A stretch of 64,000 nucleotides of DNA from positions 14,519 through 78,518 of IMG/VR virus record IMGVR_UViG_3300005805_000071; one strand, written 5' to 3'. The number at the start of each line of letters is the position of its first letter. Position 1 is the first letter of the stretch. Below the pieces are notes generated by a model, which was not told the origin of the DNA, did not search any database, and saw nothing but the letters and a program-made list of their open reading frames with translations. This document shows positions 63,655 to 64,000 of this stretch, in pieces. The stretch is from a virus. Lineage: Duplodnaviria; Caudoviricetes. A program made the position numbers and the translations under genes.

Positions 63655-63767
63655 TCAGTAGTGTATTCGATAAAATCAGACTCAGGATAATCATCAAAAT
63701 CAATGCTCATGTCATTGATTTGATCATCGAGGTCAATATCTTCAGTAAAGAACTCTTCTTCGTCCAT
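63648..63767 (-). CDS. Highly acidic peptide (39 aa); not in ORF track
   Basis: MDEEEFFTEDIDLDDQINDMSIDFDDYPESDFIEYTTDW*, coupled to the upstream stop. Confidence 0.7.
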   Translation of the reverse strand: MDEEEFFTEDIDLDDQINDMSIDFDDYPESDFIEYTTDW

Positions 63768-63952
63768 CAACCCCAATCCTCCTCATAATATTCAGTATTA
63801 GAAAGATCAAATTTCTTCTTACCCTTTTTGCGAGAAGAAAATTCTCCAAATTCTTCGTTACGAGTATAACGTTCAGAGTTACCTTTCTGGCGGCGATCTT
63901 TGTTATATTTGCCCCAAGAATGGTGGTCATCTCGACGATAGGTGCGACCCAT
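63767..63952 (-). CDS. Small basic/acidic bipartite protein (61 aa)
   Basis: Start moved to MGRTYRRDD, after an A/C-rich leader. Confidence 0.7.
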   Translation of the reverse strand: MGRTYRRDDHHSWGKYNKDRRQKGNSERYTRNEEFGEFSSRKKGKKKFDLSNTEYYEEDWG

Positions 63953-64000
63953 AGGTTTTTCGGTTTGTTTGCGAACTACTTCTATATAGTACACCAGGAA

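Noticed and set aside
9514-63930. All other plus-strand ORFs, and minus ORFs nested out of frame in large genes (e.g. 9514, 21764, 26333, 38552, 52502, 61231, 63742)
   Set aside because: Fully overlap better-supported minus-strand genes; no motifs or expression signals.

Overview
Segment of a large T4-like cyanobacterial myovirus (cyanomyovirus) genome. I found no tRNA, rRNA, CRISPR array, integrase or reverse transcriptase. All convincing genes are on the minus strand, so transcription runs from high to low coordinates. 1-43.3 kb is the late virion module: PAAR-like spike tip, gp25, gp6, a 5247-aa gp7-like baseplate protein, a gp9-like protein, a subtilisin (S8) peptidase, gp8, a 2431-aa DUF4815-type structural protein and a >1600-aa tail fibre that runs off the window edge (missed by the ORF track). 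T4-type late promoters (TATAAATA/CTAAATA) drive this block. 43.5-64 kb is a dense early/host-takeover region of about 70 small ORFs behind host sigma70-type promoters. It includes an SF2 helicase, a Cys-rich YkgJ-like protein, a DUF6267 ligase-like protein, an RlpA-like protein, a pyrimidine-dimer glycosylase-like protein and a 2OG-Fe(II) oxygenase. Three observations stand out. (1) The giant baseplate protein carries four tandem domains that align by eye with phycobiliprotein beta subunits and keep the bilin-binding Cys positions. (2) Two arrays of cyanobacterial-type DnaA boxes (TTTTCCACA) with identical spacing sit near the early/late junction, on either side of the only clear plus-strand promoter. 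(3) A conserved 16-bp box lies 9-10 nt upstream of the -35 of most early promoters. All family assignments come from motifs recognised by eye, not from database searches.
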